From Histomonas meleagridis 2922-C6/04-290x (lineage: Eukaryota; Protista; Parabasalia): a DNA stretch of 64,000 nucleotides. This document shows positions 51,540 through 63,262 of this stretch, piece by piece (position 1 is the first letter of the stretch; the number at the start of each line of letters is the position of its first letter). Position numbers and translations under genes: made by a program. The stretch spans positions 62,001 to 126,000 of the forward strand of contig JAANOX010000068.1 in NCBI GenBank assembly GCA_020184695.1, in the 5' to 3' direction. The notes below the pieces were generated by a model. That model worked only from the letters and a program-made list of their open reading frames with translations. It ran no database searches and was not told where the DNA came from.

Positions 51540-53668
51540 ATGTTAAGAAATGAGGTAAATGAACATCAGGATACATGGGATATGTTATTATCTATCAAGA
51601 ATCTGGTTTTTGGTTTGAATGAAGGAAATATTATTCAAACAGCAAATTCAATAATGAGCAAATTTGATAAAAGTCATCCAATTTCTTTTAAATTAATGAT
51701 CATTAAAATGATACATAAATTGTTAATCCTAAGGATTAATGATTCTGATATATTTATAAAATTTTTAAAAGAAATCAAAATGTTTGAAGAGAACAAATAT
51801 GGAAACATAAATATTTCTAATTTTTTTGGGAATTTATTTATTAACAAGTCCAAGAAAGAAGCAAAATATTTAGTATATAAATTGATTGAATATAATCTAA
51901 TCCAACCAGATATTGTAAAAAATGAAAATTTGTACGATATTTCATATTTTATTCAATATTTTTTAGAAGAAGATATTAAACACTATTCTCGATATTTAGA
52001 ACATGAAATTCTTGAGGATTATGGAGAATTATCAAAGAATGATTGGGAACTTCATAAGCAATTAATCAAAGAAGGACATACTCCAAATAAAATAGCAAAA
52101 ATTATTCGAAAAGATGAAATAGAAAAACTTCAAGAAATATCATCACAAACAAATTTTAATTTTAACCTGGAAATTGAACCATCGCTTTATGAAAGATGTT
52201 CATTTATTAATTATTGGGATGTTACATTAATTGATTATGCAGCATTTTTTGGTTCAGTTAAATGTTTTAAATAATTACTTGTGAATGGCGCAAATATTAT
52301 AAATGCAGGTAAATATGCAATTGCTGGCGGAAATATTGAAATCATTCATTTATGTGAACAAAATAATGTCTTATTCAGACAAGCGTATCTAACAGCAATT
52401 AAATTTCATAAAAATGATATTTTTCATTATATTTATGAAAACAAATTAGATGTAATTGATAATTTGGAAGAATTAGGGAAGAAATGTATTGGATGTTATA
52501 ATTATGAAATTTATTCATTTTTAAGAGAAAAAGGAATGAAAATAAACGAAGATATTATTAATAAAGCAGCAAAAATTGGTAATTTATATCTTGTTAAATA
52601 CTTTCTTAAAGAAAACCCAATTCCAAAAAGTATTTTATTATACACTTCAGATTCACAAAACATTGAACTTGTTAAATATATTATTAAAAAAGGAGGAATC
52701 GATGTAAATTATAAAAATATTTTTTTGTTTTGTATGAATTTTATTTTAATAATTTTTTATTTAGTAATAATATTTGGAAATTTTTCAAATTATATTGGAC
52801 AGCACTTATGTTAGCATCTCAAAATTATCATGCAGAAATAGTTAAATTACTTCTTGAGCAAAAAGGTATTGATGCTAATGCTCAAACAATTGATTCATTT
52901 TGTTTAATGTTCGTATAAATCAATTCATGTTTTAAAATAATATTTGGAAATCATTTAAAATATTTTCGTCTGTACTTAAATGGGCTTCTAATCATGGTAA
53001 CATAGATATAGTTAAGTTACTTCTCGAACAAAAAGGTATTGATATTAATGCTAAAGATATTTATTTGTTTTGCTTGATTTTTATTATAGTAGTTTGATGT
53101 TTTTTTTAATAACTAAATTTATAAAAATATTTGGTATTTATACATGTAATTTTTGACAGCATTAAGAGAAGCCGTTTCTTTGGGTCACACAAAAACAGTT
53201 AAATTACTTCTCGAACAAAAAGGTATTGATATTAATGCTAAAGATATTTATTTGTTTTATTTATTATCTATTTGAATAATTTAATATTTCAAAATAATAT
53301 TTGGAAATTATTTAAATTATTTAAAACAGCACTTATTGAAGCATCTTATTATGGTCATATAGAAATAGTTCAATTACTTCTTGAACAAGAAGGAATTGAT
53401 ATTAATGCTAAAGATATTTATTTATTTTATTTAATATTTATTTTAAGAATTTGATAATTAAAAATAATATTTGGAAATTATTTCTATTATTTAATACAGC
53501 ACTTATGAGAGCATCTGATAAAGGTCATACAGAAATAGTTAAATTACTTCTTGAAAAAGAAGGAATTGTTATTAATGATACAGATATTTATTTGTTTTAT
53601 TTGATGTTTATTTTAATAATTTCTTGTGTCAAAATAATATTTGGAAATCATTTTTATTATCTATATAA
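51540..53668 (+). CDS. DUF3447-type ankyrin-repeat protein, gene B; interrupted (in-frame TAA 52272-52274 plus 80-nt intervening sequences)
   Basis: ORFs 51540-52274 and 52281-52814 share a frame and are clear paralogues of gene A (CFK*LLVNG versus CFKYLLLNG). Five stop-free 90-nt ankyrin cores follow at 52799, 52969, 53156, 53326 and 53496. May be a pseudogene. Confidence 0.65.
52719..53665 (+). repeat. Ankyrin core / 80-nt spacer array, gene B
   Basis: Spacers 52719-52798(80), 52889-52968(80), 53059-53155(97), 53246-53325(80), 53416-53495(80), plus a terminal copy 53586-53665 followed by TAA. Confidence 0.92.
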
Positions 53669-53773
53669 TTACGATCATCAGTATAAATTTTTGAATCAAA
53701 AATAATCGTCTGAATCGTTCACTTCAACTTTTCGAATTGAAATTTATCGTATTTCAGGACACCTTAATACTTC

Positions 53774-54526
53774 ATGAAAGAAAAACAAACCAGAACTTCA
53801 TCAAAGTCCATTGAAAATGATTTTAACACAGCAAAACATTTTCAGAAGGAAAATAAGAATTCTGAGGCTATCGATTTATACTTATCAATTTTTGATGCAT
53901 TTGAAATTTCAGTAAAACAAAATGCAGTCTCTAGATTTGATATATACATCATTATTTTTTCTCTCGGTAATATCAGTGAAATATATGAAGAACAAAAAGA
54001 CCTTAAAAAATCACTTTTTTATCGCAATGCTCAAAGTGGGTTACTACTTATCTTAAAAGAAATCAAATCCAATGACAAATCATACGACTATGGAAATGAA
54101 ATCTTCAATCCTAAAATTCATGAACATATTGATTTAACTAAATATTCTGATAAATTTCGAGATTTACTGAAAGCAATTCAAAAGGCAAAAGAAGCACCAA
54201 CGAGGAATGAAGAGAGCCTTGAAGAAATCAAGAAAAAATTTATTGAAGCCAAAAAGAAAGAAGATGAAGAAAAGATCGAAAATCTTGTCAAACAACTTGA
54301 AGAAGCTTCAGCAAAACGAGAAATGGAAAGGAAAAAGTCATTCTTTCAACGGAACAAATGTTTTATCCAGTTCTTAATTTTAACATTTGTTATTGGATTT
54401 GTTTTTATATCAATAATTTTGTTAAAGAAACACAACAACCGAATTAAAGGAAGCGAAGCAGCAAAAAGACAACTTGAAACATTAAGAAACCTCATGAAAG
54501 AGTTTGAAGAAAATTTAAAATTTTAA
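53774..54526 (+). CDS. Hypothetical protein with TPR-like helices, coiled coil and C-terminal TM helix
   Basis: 250-aa ATG ORF; EAIDLYLSIF and SLGNISEIYEEQKDLKKSLFY helices; TM FIQFLILTFVIGFVFISIILL. Confidence 0.65.
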   Translation: MKEKQTRTSSKSIENDFNTAKHFQKENKNSEAIDLYLSIFDAFEISVKQNAVSRFDIYIIIFSLGNISEIYEEQKDLKKSLFYRNAQSGLLLILKEIKSNDKSYDYGNEIFNPKIHEHIDLTKYSDKFRDLLKAIQKAKEAPTRNEESLEEIKKKFIEAKKKEDEEKIENLVKQLEEASAKREMERKKSFFQRNKCFIQFLILTFVIGFVFISIILLKKHNNRIKGSEAAKRQLETLRNLMKEFEENLKF

Positions 54527-54870
54527 TAATTTTTGATAAATATTTCATGTTTTTAATAATTTGTTTTTCTTCATTTGTTTTATGCATTCGATGTTTAAAG
54601 AGTTGAAAAATATCATTAAGAGAAACAATTTTCACAGCTTAAGCATGCTTGTGATTTAAACGGTCTAATAAAAAAATCGATTTTTTTCTTTGATCAAAAT
54701 TCTTTCTATTCATCAAAATTTAATATATTTAGCAAACATTAACCAAGTGTTTAATCATTAATAATAAAATAAATCCTGCTAACTAATATATTAAAAAATT
54801 AATGATTATTGAATTGTTTAATAAAAAAGAATAAAAAATTTATTTAATTTACATGTTTATTTTAATATTT

Positions 54871-55539
54871 TTATTGTTGTTCTTTTGTTTCTTTAGGTTC
54901 TTCCTTAGTTTCTTCTTTAGGTTCTTCCTTTTTCTCTGTATTTTCTGATTTAATTGCAGGTTTTTCTTCATTTTTACTACCAATAACTTCAATACCACGT
55001 CTTAAAGACCATTCATTTTCGAATGCATCAATTTCATCTTCACCAACATTATGCCAAGTTTCTTTAGTTGTTTTCTTACCTTCTTTATCTACAACTTCAT
55101 CAACTTGAACCCAACGATTACCAATTCTTTTAATTTTAGAAATATAAGTCTTTTCTCCATCATTAGTTTGTTCACGAATTTCTTCGAATTTTTCATTACC
55201 ATTAAAGTATCTTTGTGATGAATAAGTTCTATAATAATTTTGTGGTTTATAATTTTCAGGCTTTTTAACAATCTTTTGTTGTGTTTCTTTTAATTCTTTC
55301 TTAAATTCTTCTTCTTTAGGTTTTTGTTCTTCTTTAGGTTTTTGTTCTTTTTCTTCTTTAGGTTTATCTTGTTCAATCATATTATTAAATTCTTCATCAA
55401 ATGCATCAGCAAATAAAGAATTTAAACGACGTTCAAGATTATTAAAGTATCTATTCATCGCATTAAATGGATGATAAATCCTTATTGGTCTATATTCCAC
55501 GAATGGATCATAAAATGGATCAGTAAAATAACCAAACAT
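54871..55539 (-). CDS. Myeloid leukemia factor (MLF)-like protein
   Basis: F/D/P-rich N-terminus, YSSQRYF, then RIGNRWVQV...HNVGEDEIDAFENEW, comparable to the MLF pattern HIxDRAHxI...INLDExEAxxFDxEW (recalled, not searched). Confidence 0.55.
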   Translation of the reverse strand: MFGYFTDPFYDPFVEYRPIRIYHPFNAMNRYFNNLERRLNSLFADAFDEEFNNMIEQDKPKEEKEQKPKEEQKPKEEEFKKELKETQQKIVKKPENYKPQNYYRTYSSQRYFNGNEKFEEIREQTNDGEKTYISKIKRIGNRWVQVDEVVDKEGKKTTKETWHNVGEDEIDAFENEWSLRRGIEVIGSKNEEKPAIKSENTEKKEEPKEETKEEPKETKEQQ

Positions 55540-55625
55540 AATTAAAAAATGAAATTAAAGTATTGTTAAAGATGATCAGAACAACCAAAAAAGCAAAAGT
55601 CACTAAAAAATCGATCTTTATTTAA

Positions 55626-58600
55626 TTATAGATGATAAGCCGAATCATTAGAAACATTTTCATAAGGATTATCGAAATCGTTCAATGGATTTATTGGAGC
55701 TAAGGAAATATCTTCTTTTTCTGCATTCATTTGGTTAATATTTTCTTCATTATTAAATGACTCATGTAATTTATTATTATTATCATCATTATAATTATTA
55801 ATTCTTTTTCTTCTTCTAAAAATAGTTATTGCAACAATAACAGAAATAACTACAAACACAACTATTACTATTGCAGCAATTGCACCACCACTTAATGAAG
55901 AAGAATTTTGAGCTTCATCATTACTATCGAATGGACATTCTTTAAATCCTTTTTCGATTGAAAATGTTCCGAATTTATTACTATTATAAGTATCAAGTAC
56001 AATAACATATGGAGCGTTAACACCCAAAAATGAATTATATGAAATTGTCGGCTCATTAACACCATAATAATAAATACAACTTAAATTATTACATAAATAA
56101 AATGCTTCCGAATTAATTTCTTTGACATTTTCACCAATATATATCGTGTATAAAGATGAACATTTTGTAAATGATGATGAATCAATGGTTTTAACATTCG
56201 ATGGAATCGTAATATTTGTTAAGTTCGAACAACTATAAAATGAGTTTGCTGGAATTGTTTCAAGTTTATTACTTAATGTAAGATTTCGTAATGATGTACA
56301 ATAACAAAATGAATATTCGCCAATCGTTGTAACTGTATTAGGGATATCAATTGATAATAAATTAATGCATGAATAAAACGAATATGATCCAATGGTTTCA
56401 AGTCCTGATGATAATTCGATATGCGATATTCCAATACATACTAAAAATGCATTATTGGATATATAGCGCGTTGTTGATGGTAATATAATTTCTTTAATAC
56501 TTTCGCAGCCTTCAAATGAATTTTGTTCAATAGTTTCAAGTGTATCAGGAAATGAAATATTATTCAGATTTATACATGATTTAAACGAATATGATCCAAT
56601 GACTTTAATTCGTTGACCAAAATTAATTATTTGAAGATTTGTATCTCCTTCAAATGAATGATCGCTGATAGTTTCTAAATTATCGCCAAATTTAATATTA
56701 TTTAACAATGTACATAATGAAAACGAATATGATCCAAGAAATGTGACTGAATTCGGAATTGTTATTTCTTGAAGATTTCCACATTTATAAAATGCATATG
56801 CTTCAACCTTCGTAAGATTATCGCCAAATTTGATGTTACTTAATGATGTACATTCCGAAAATGAAGAATAGCCAATGGTCTGAAGTGAATTTGGAAATGT
56901 GATACTTTCTAAACTTGTGCATAATTGAAATGCACATGAGTCAATGATTGTCAACTTATTTGCAAGATTTATTGTACTGAGTGATGAACATTTATAAAAT
57001 GCATACTCACCAATTTTAGTTGCGCCTTCTTTGATAGTAACAGATATTAAAGATGTGAAAGATCTGAATGTATTTGCATTGATTTGAGAGACACCTTTGC
57101 CAATAGTAAGATTTGCTAATGATGAACATCCACTGAATAAATTGGAATTTATTCGTGTGATGCCATCACCAACAACAACAGTACTTAAACTAGTGCAGTC
57201 TAAAAATATCGTATCTCCAAGTGTAGTAACACTATTTGGAATAATAATTTCTCGAATTCCTTTACATTCTTGAAATACATTATTCGAAATAGTTTCAAGT
57301 CCTTCATTAAGTTGAATATTTATCAATGAAGAACATTTACTAAATGAAAATTCTCCAAGAATTTTAACTGATGTTGGTAATATAATTTCTTCAATACTTT
57401 CACATCCTTCAAATGAATGATCGCTAATAGTCTCTAAATTATCGCCAAATTTAATATTATTTAACAATGTACATAATGAAAACGAATATGATCCAAGAAA
57501 TGTGACTGAATTCGGAATTGTTATTTCTTGAAGATTTCCACATTTATAAAATGCATATGATGAAATATTATTCAAATTATCACCAAATTGAATATCATTT
57601 AATGATGTGCATTCTGAAAATGATCGTTCGCCAATAATTTGAAGTGAATTTGGAAATGTGATACTTTCTAAACTTGTACAAAATTCAAATGATGATTTAC
57701 CAATTAATGTTGCTCCTTTGATTGTAACAGATGTTAATGTTGAAAATGATTTAAATGTTTCATCTTCAATAGTTGTGACGCCTTTGCCAATAGTAAGATT
57801 TGCTAATGATGAACATCCACTGAATAAATTGGAATTAATTCGTGTGATGCCATCATCAACAACAACAATACTTAAACTAGTGCAGTCTAAAAATATCGTA
57901 TCTCCAAGTGTAGTAACACTATTTGGAATAATAATTTCTCGAATTCCTTTACATTCTTGAAATGCATTATTTGAAATAGTTTCAAGTCCTTCATTAAGTT
58001 GAATATTTATCAATGAAGAACATTTACTAAATGAAAATTCTCCAAGAATTTTAACTGATGTTGGTAATATAATTTCTTTAATACTTTCGCAGCCTTCAAA
58101 TGAATTTTGTTCAATAGTTTCAAGTGTATCAGGAAATGAAATATTATTCAGATTTATACATGATTTAAACGAATATGATCCAATGACTTTAATTCGTTGA
58201 CCAAAATTAATTATTTGAAGATTTGTATCTCCTTCAAATGAATGATCGCTAATAGTTTCCGAATATGATCCAAGAAATGTGACTGAATTCGGAATTGTTA
58301 TTTCTTGAAGATTTTCACATTTATAAAAATGCATATGATGAAATATTATTCAAATTATCACCAAATTGAATATCATTTAATGATGTGCATTCTGAAAATG
58401 ATCGTTCGCCAATGATTTGAAGTGAATTTGGAAATGTGATACTTTCTAAACTTGTACATAATTCAAATGCGCAATATTCAATTGTTATTAATTTGTCTGA
58501 AAGATTTATTATCTTTAATGAAGCACATTGTGAAAATGATGATTTACCAATTAATTTTGCTCCTTTGATTGTAACAGATGTTAATGTTGAAAATGATTTA

Positions 58601-61600
58601 AATGTTTCATCTTCAATAGTTGTGACGCCTTTGCCAATAGTAAGATTTGCTAATGATGAACATCCACTGAATAAATTGGAATTAATTCGTGTGATGCCAT
58701 CATCAACAACAACAATACTTAAACTAGTGCAGTCTAAAAAATATCGTATCTCCAAGTGTAGTAACACTATTTGGAATAATAATTTCTCGAATTCCTTTAC
58801 ATTCTTGAAATGCATTATTTGAAATAGTTTCAAGTCCTTCATTAAGTTGAATATTTATCAATGAAGAACATTTACTAAATGAAAATTCTCCAAGAATTTT
58901 AACTGATGTTGGTAATATAATTTCTTTAATACTTTCGCAGCCTTCAAAATGAATTTTTGTTCAATAGTTTCAAGTGTATCAGGAAATGAAATATTATTCA
59001 GATTTATACATGATTTAAACGAATATGATCCAATGACTTTAATTCGTTGACCAAAATTAATTATTTGAAGATTTGTATCTCCTTCAAATGAATGATCGCT
59101 AATAGTTTCTAAATTATCGCCAAATTTAATATTATTTAACGATGTACATAATGAAAACGAATATGATCCAAGAAATGTGACTGAATTCGGAATTGTTATT
59201 TCTTGAAGATTTTCACATTTATAAAATGCATATGATGAAATATTATTCAAATTATCACCAAATTGAATATCATTTAATGATGTGCATTCTGAAAATGATC
59301 GTTCGCCAATGATTTGAAGTGAATTTGGAAATGTGATACTTTCTAAACTTGTACAAAATTCAAATGATGATTTACCAATTGAAGTCATTCCTTCACGAAT
59401 CGTAATGAATTTTAATGTTGTAAATGATTTAAATGTTTCATCTTCAATAGTTGTGACGCCTTTGCCAATAGTAAGATTTGCTAATGATGAACATCCACTG
59501 AATAAATTGGAATTAATTCGTGTGATGCCATCACCAACAACAACAATACTTAAACTAGTGCAGTCTAAAAATATATCGTATCTCCAAGTGTAGTAACACT
59601 ATTTGGAATAATAATTTCTCGAATTCCTTTACATTCTTGAAATGCATTATTTGAAATAGTTTCAAGTCCCTTCATTAATGTGAATATTTATATATGAAGA
59701 ACATTTACTAAATGAAAATTGTGCAAAATTTTTAACTGATGTTGGTAATATAATTTCGAAAACGAATATGATCCAAGAAATGTGACTGAATTCGGAATTG
59801 TTATTTCTTGAAGATTTCCACATTTATAAAATGCATATGATGAAATATTATTCAAATTATCACCAAATTGAATATCATTTAATGATGTACATTCTGAAAA
59901 TGATGATTTACCAATTAATGTTGCTCCTTTGATTGTAACAGATGTTAATGTTGAAAATGATTTAAATGTTTCATCTTCAATAGTTGTGACACCTTTGCCA
60001 ATAGTAAGATTTGCTAATGATGAACATCCACTGAATAAATTGGAATTAATTCGTGTGATGCCATCACCAACAACAACAATACTTAAACTAGTGCAGTCTA
60101 AAAATATCGTATCTCCAAGTGTAGTAACACTATTTGGAATAATAATTTCTCGAATTCCTTTACATTCTTGAAATACATTATTTGAAATAGTTTCAAGTCC
60201 TTCATTAAGTTGAATATTTATCAATGAAGAACATTTACTAAATGAAAATTCTCCAAGAATTTTAACTGATGTTGGTAATATAATTTCTTTAATACTTTCA
60301 CATCCTTCAAATGAATGATCGCTAATAGTCTCTAAATTATCGCCAAAATTCACATTAACTAATAATGAGCATTCTGAAAACGAATATGATCCAATGACTT
60401 TAATTCGTTGACCAAAATTAATTATTTGAAGATTTGTATCTCCTTCAAATGAATGATCGCTGATAGTTTCTAAATTATCGCCAAATTTAATATTATTTAA
60501 CAATGTACATAATGAAAACGAATATGATCCAAGAAATGTGACTGAATTCGGAATTGTTATTTCTTGAAGATTTTCACATTTATAAAATGCATATGATGAA
60601 ATATTATTCAAATTATCACCAAATTGAATATCATTTAATGATGTGCATTCTGAAAATGATCGTTCGCCAATGATTTGAAGTGAATTTGGAAATGTGATAC
60701 TTTCTAAACTTGTACAAAATTCAAATGATGATTTACCAATTAATTTTGCTCCTTTGATTGTAACAGATGTTAATGTTGAAAATGATTTAAATGTTTCATC
60801 TTCAATAGTTGTGACGCCTTTGCCAATAGTAAGATTTGTTAATGATGAACATCCACTGAATAAATTGGAATTAATTCGTGTGATGCCATCACCAACAACA
60901 ACAGTACTTAAACTAGTGCAGTCTAAAAATATCGTATCTCCAAGTGTAGTAACACTATTTGGAATAATAATTTCTCGAATTCCTTTACATTCTTGAAATG
61001 CATTATTTGAAATAGTTTCAAGTCCTTCATTAAGTTGAATATTTATCAATGAAGAACATTTACTAAATGAAAATTCTCCAAGAATTTTAACTGATGTTGG
61101 TAATATAATTTCTTTAATACTTTCACATCCTTCAAATGAATGATCGCTAATAGTCTCTAAATTATCGCCAAATTTAATATTATTTAACGATGTACATTGA
61201 TAAAATGCATAAGTATCAATTAAAGTCACAGCTTTTAATGTAACAGTTATTAAAGAAGTAAATTCTCTAAATAAACCTGAGCTGATTTGTGTTATCCCTT
61301 TTCCAATTGTTAGATTTGCTAATGATGAACATCCATTAAACAAAGTTGAAGAAATTTGTGTAATTTTATCACCAATAACAACTGTTGCCAAACTAGTACA
61401 TTTTGAAAACGGCGTATTTTCAAGTGTTGTTACAGTATTTGGGATAATAATTTCGACCAAATTCGAGCATTCTGTAAAAGCATTTGCTGATATTGTTTCA
61501 AGTCCTTCACTAAGTTCAATATTAGTTAAAGCAGTACATCCATAAAATGCATATTTTTCAATTGTAATAACCGAACTTGGGATTTTGATATTTAATAAAT

Positions 61601-62891
61601 TTATACAATTCGAAAATGTATACGAAGGAATAGTGTTTAAACCTTCATTGATTGTCACCGATAATAAATTTTCGCAATAACGAAATACTTCGATACCAAA
61701 TGTATCAATATTTGCTTCAATTACTAATTTTGTTAAACCTGTACATGAATGAAATGCTTGATTACCAATAGTTTTAACTGAACTTGGAATTGTTATTTCA
61801 TTTAATTTACTTTGTTTGAATGCATATTGACTAATAGATGTAAGTGTTTTAGGTAATGTTATATCTGTTAACAATGAACAACCAGAAAACGCATAACTTC
61901 CAATTGTATCAACTTTTTCTCCCATTTTAACTGATTTCAAACTTGTGTCGCCTTCAAATGCGCGATAATCTATTGTTCTAACACCATTACCAATTATAAC
62001 ACTTTCTAACTTCGTACATTGATAAAATACATATTGTCCAATAGTAGTAACATAATCAGGAATAGAAATAGACAACAAACTCTCACATTCTGCAAATACA
62101 TAAGTAGAAAATGTGGTTAATTCATTTCCTAAATAAGCTGTTTTTAAATTAGTGCACCCTCTAAATGCTGCTTCCCCAATAGATGTAATAGAGTCAGGTG
62201 TTATAATAGAAAGCAAATTCGAACAATAACGAAAAGCTTGCGAATCAATAGATGTTAATGTGCTTCCTTCTTCAAAAATAACATTTTTTAGTGACGTGCA
62301 TTGATAAAATGCATTTCGACCAATTGATTTAACTTTGCTCGGAATGTTAATGTTTTCTAATGATTTGCATTGGTAAAATGCATATGTATCAATTATGGTA
62401 ACACTTTGACCTATTGTAACTGAAACTAAATTAGTACACCCATAAAATAAATTTGTAAGAATACTTTCTACTATGCTTCCAATGACAATAGAGGTTAACC
62501 CATCACATTTATAAAAAACGGAAGTGCCAAGCGTAGTTAATGTATCAGGAAGTGAAACCTCAGAAAGAAGTGCACAATTACGAAACGCATAATTGTCAAT
62601 TCTAGTTAAACTACTTTCAGCCAAAAAAACAATAGTTTCTAAATTGGAACAAGCATCAAAAGCATATGTTTTAATTGTTTGAACTGAATTCCCGATTGTA
62701 ACTTTGTTCAATAGTTTCCAACCATAAAATGCATTTGAGCCAATTGTAATTACGCCATCGCCAAGAGTGAGATATCTGGTTGTTTCTTTGTTTGCTATGT
62801 AATCATTTTGTGAAATAGTTTCTTTGTCCGTGATTACAAGTGTATCATCGCAATTTGCAACGTGGAACAAAACAAAAGCAAGCAAAAACAT
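55626..62891 (-). CDS. bspA: Very large BspA-like LRR protein with internal multi-LRR duplications; split into fragments by probable sequencing indels
   Basis: Signal peptide at 62891; TM and tail at 55626-55890; continuous TpLRR-coding sequence across ORFs 59688-62891, 58858-59388, 58321-58842 and 55626-58334. Breaks fall at homopolymer or dinucleotide expansions. Confidence 0.8.
56480..61200 (-). repeat. Near-identical multi-LRR modules repeated about 4-5 times in mosaic order
   Basis: Blocks such as SFEGCESIKEIILPTSVKILGEFSFSKCSSL...IGKGVTTIEDETFKSF and DNLNNISSYAFYKC.NLQEITIPNSVTFLGSYSF recur with near nucleotide identity. Confidence 0.9.
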
Positions 62892-63262
62892 TTGGATGCG
62901 TGCAACAACAGAAAAATTTTAACGGTTATACATGTTGTATTCTGAACGTTTATAACAATAACCCATTATATTAATTCAATTTTCTAAAGATAAACGGTTG
63001 TTTGTTGTTAGGAGATTATTCAGCTAGTGTCACTTTTTTGTGATATTTATAGCATTTACTGAATATTAATTTGCTCGTATACATATTTTTTATATAAAGA
63101 ATTGTGATCCAAATTTGTCAAAATTGATTTTTTTTTATTAATTGATTTTTTATTAAATTGAAATGATGTTTTTATCAAAAAATCTATGTTTTATATATTT
63201 GTAATTTTATTTTTATCATAAATTGTGATTGTTTAAATATTTTCAACATCAACATGAAAACC

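Noticed and set aside
20300-52274. Stop-codon reassignment (in-frame TAA in TAF6, ankyrin gene B and the transposase)
   Set aside because: Conserved genes (RPL6, ThrRS, cofilin, E2, PMCA) end at TAA, and long ORFs such as the 2649-aa BEACH protein contain no in-frame stops.
53246-53327. U12-type AT-AC intron reading (spacer starts AT, core starts AC)
   Set aside because: Removal leaves the TAL core out of frame, there is no ATATCC donor consensus, and some junctions lack AT or AC.
58321-59770. Programmed frameshifting in the large BspA gene
   Set aside because: Breaks at ~58325, 58740, 58950, 59575 and 59668 are single homopolymer or dinucleotide expansions relative to otherwise identical sister modules, typical of long-read consensus error.
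14-60996. Many short or antisense ORFs in the track (e.g. 14-205, 383-703, 2238-2801, 3815-4207, 3844-4152, 16565-16894, 22565-22984, 57658-57960, 58436-58822, 60694-60996)
   Set aside because: They are shadows of real genes on the opposite strand or in another frame, often starting at TTG/GTG, with no recognisable motifs.
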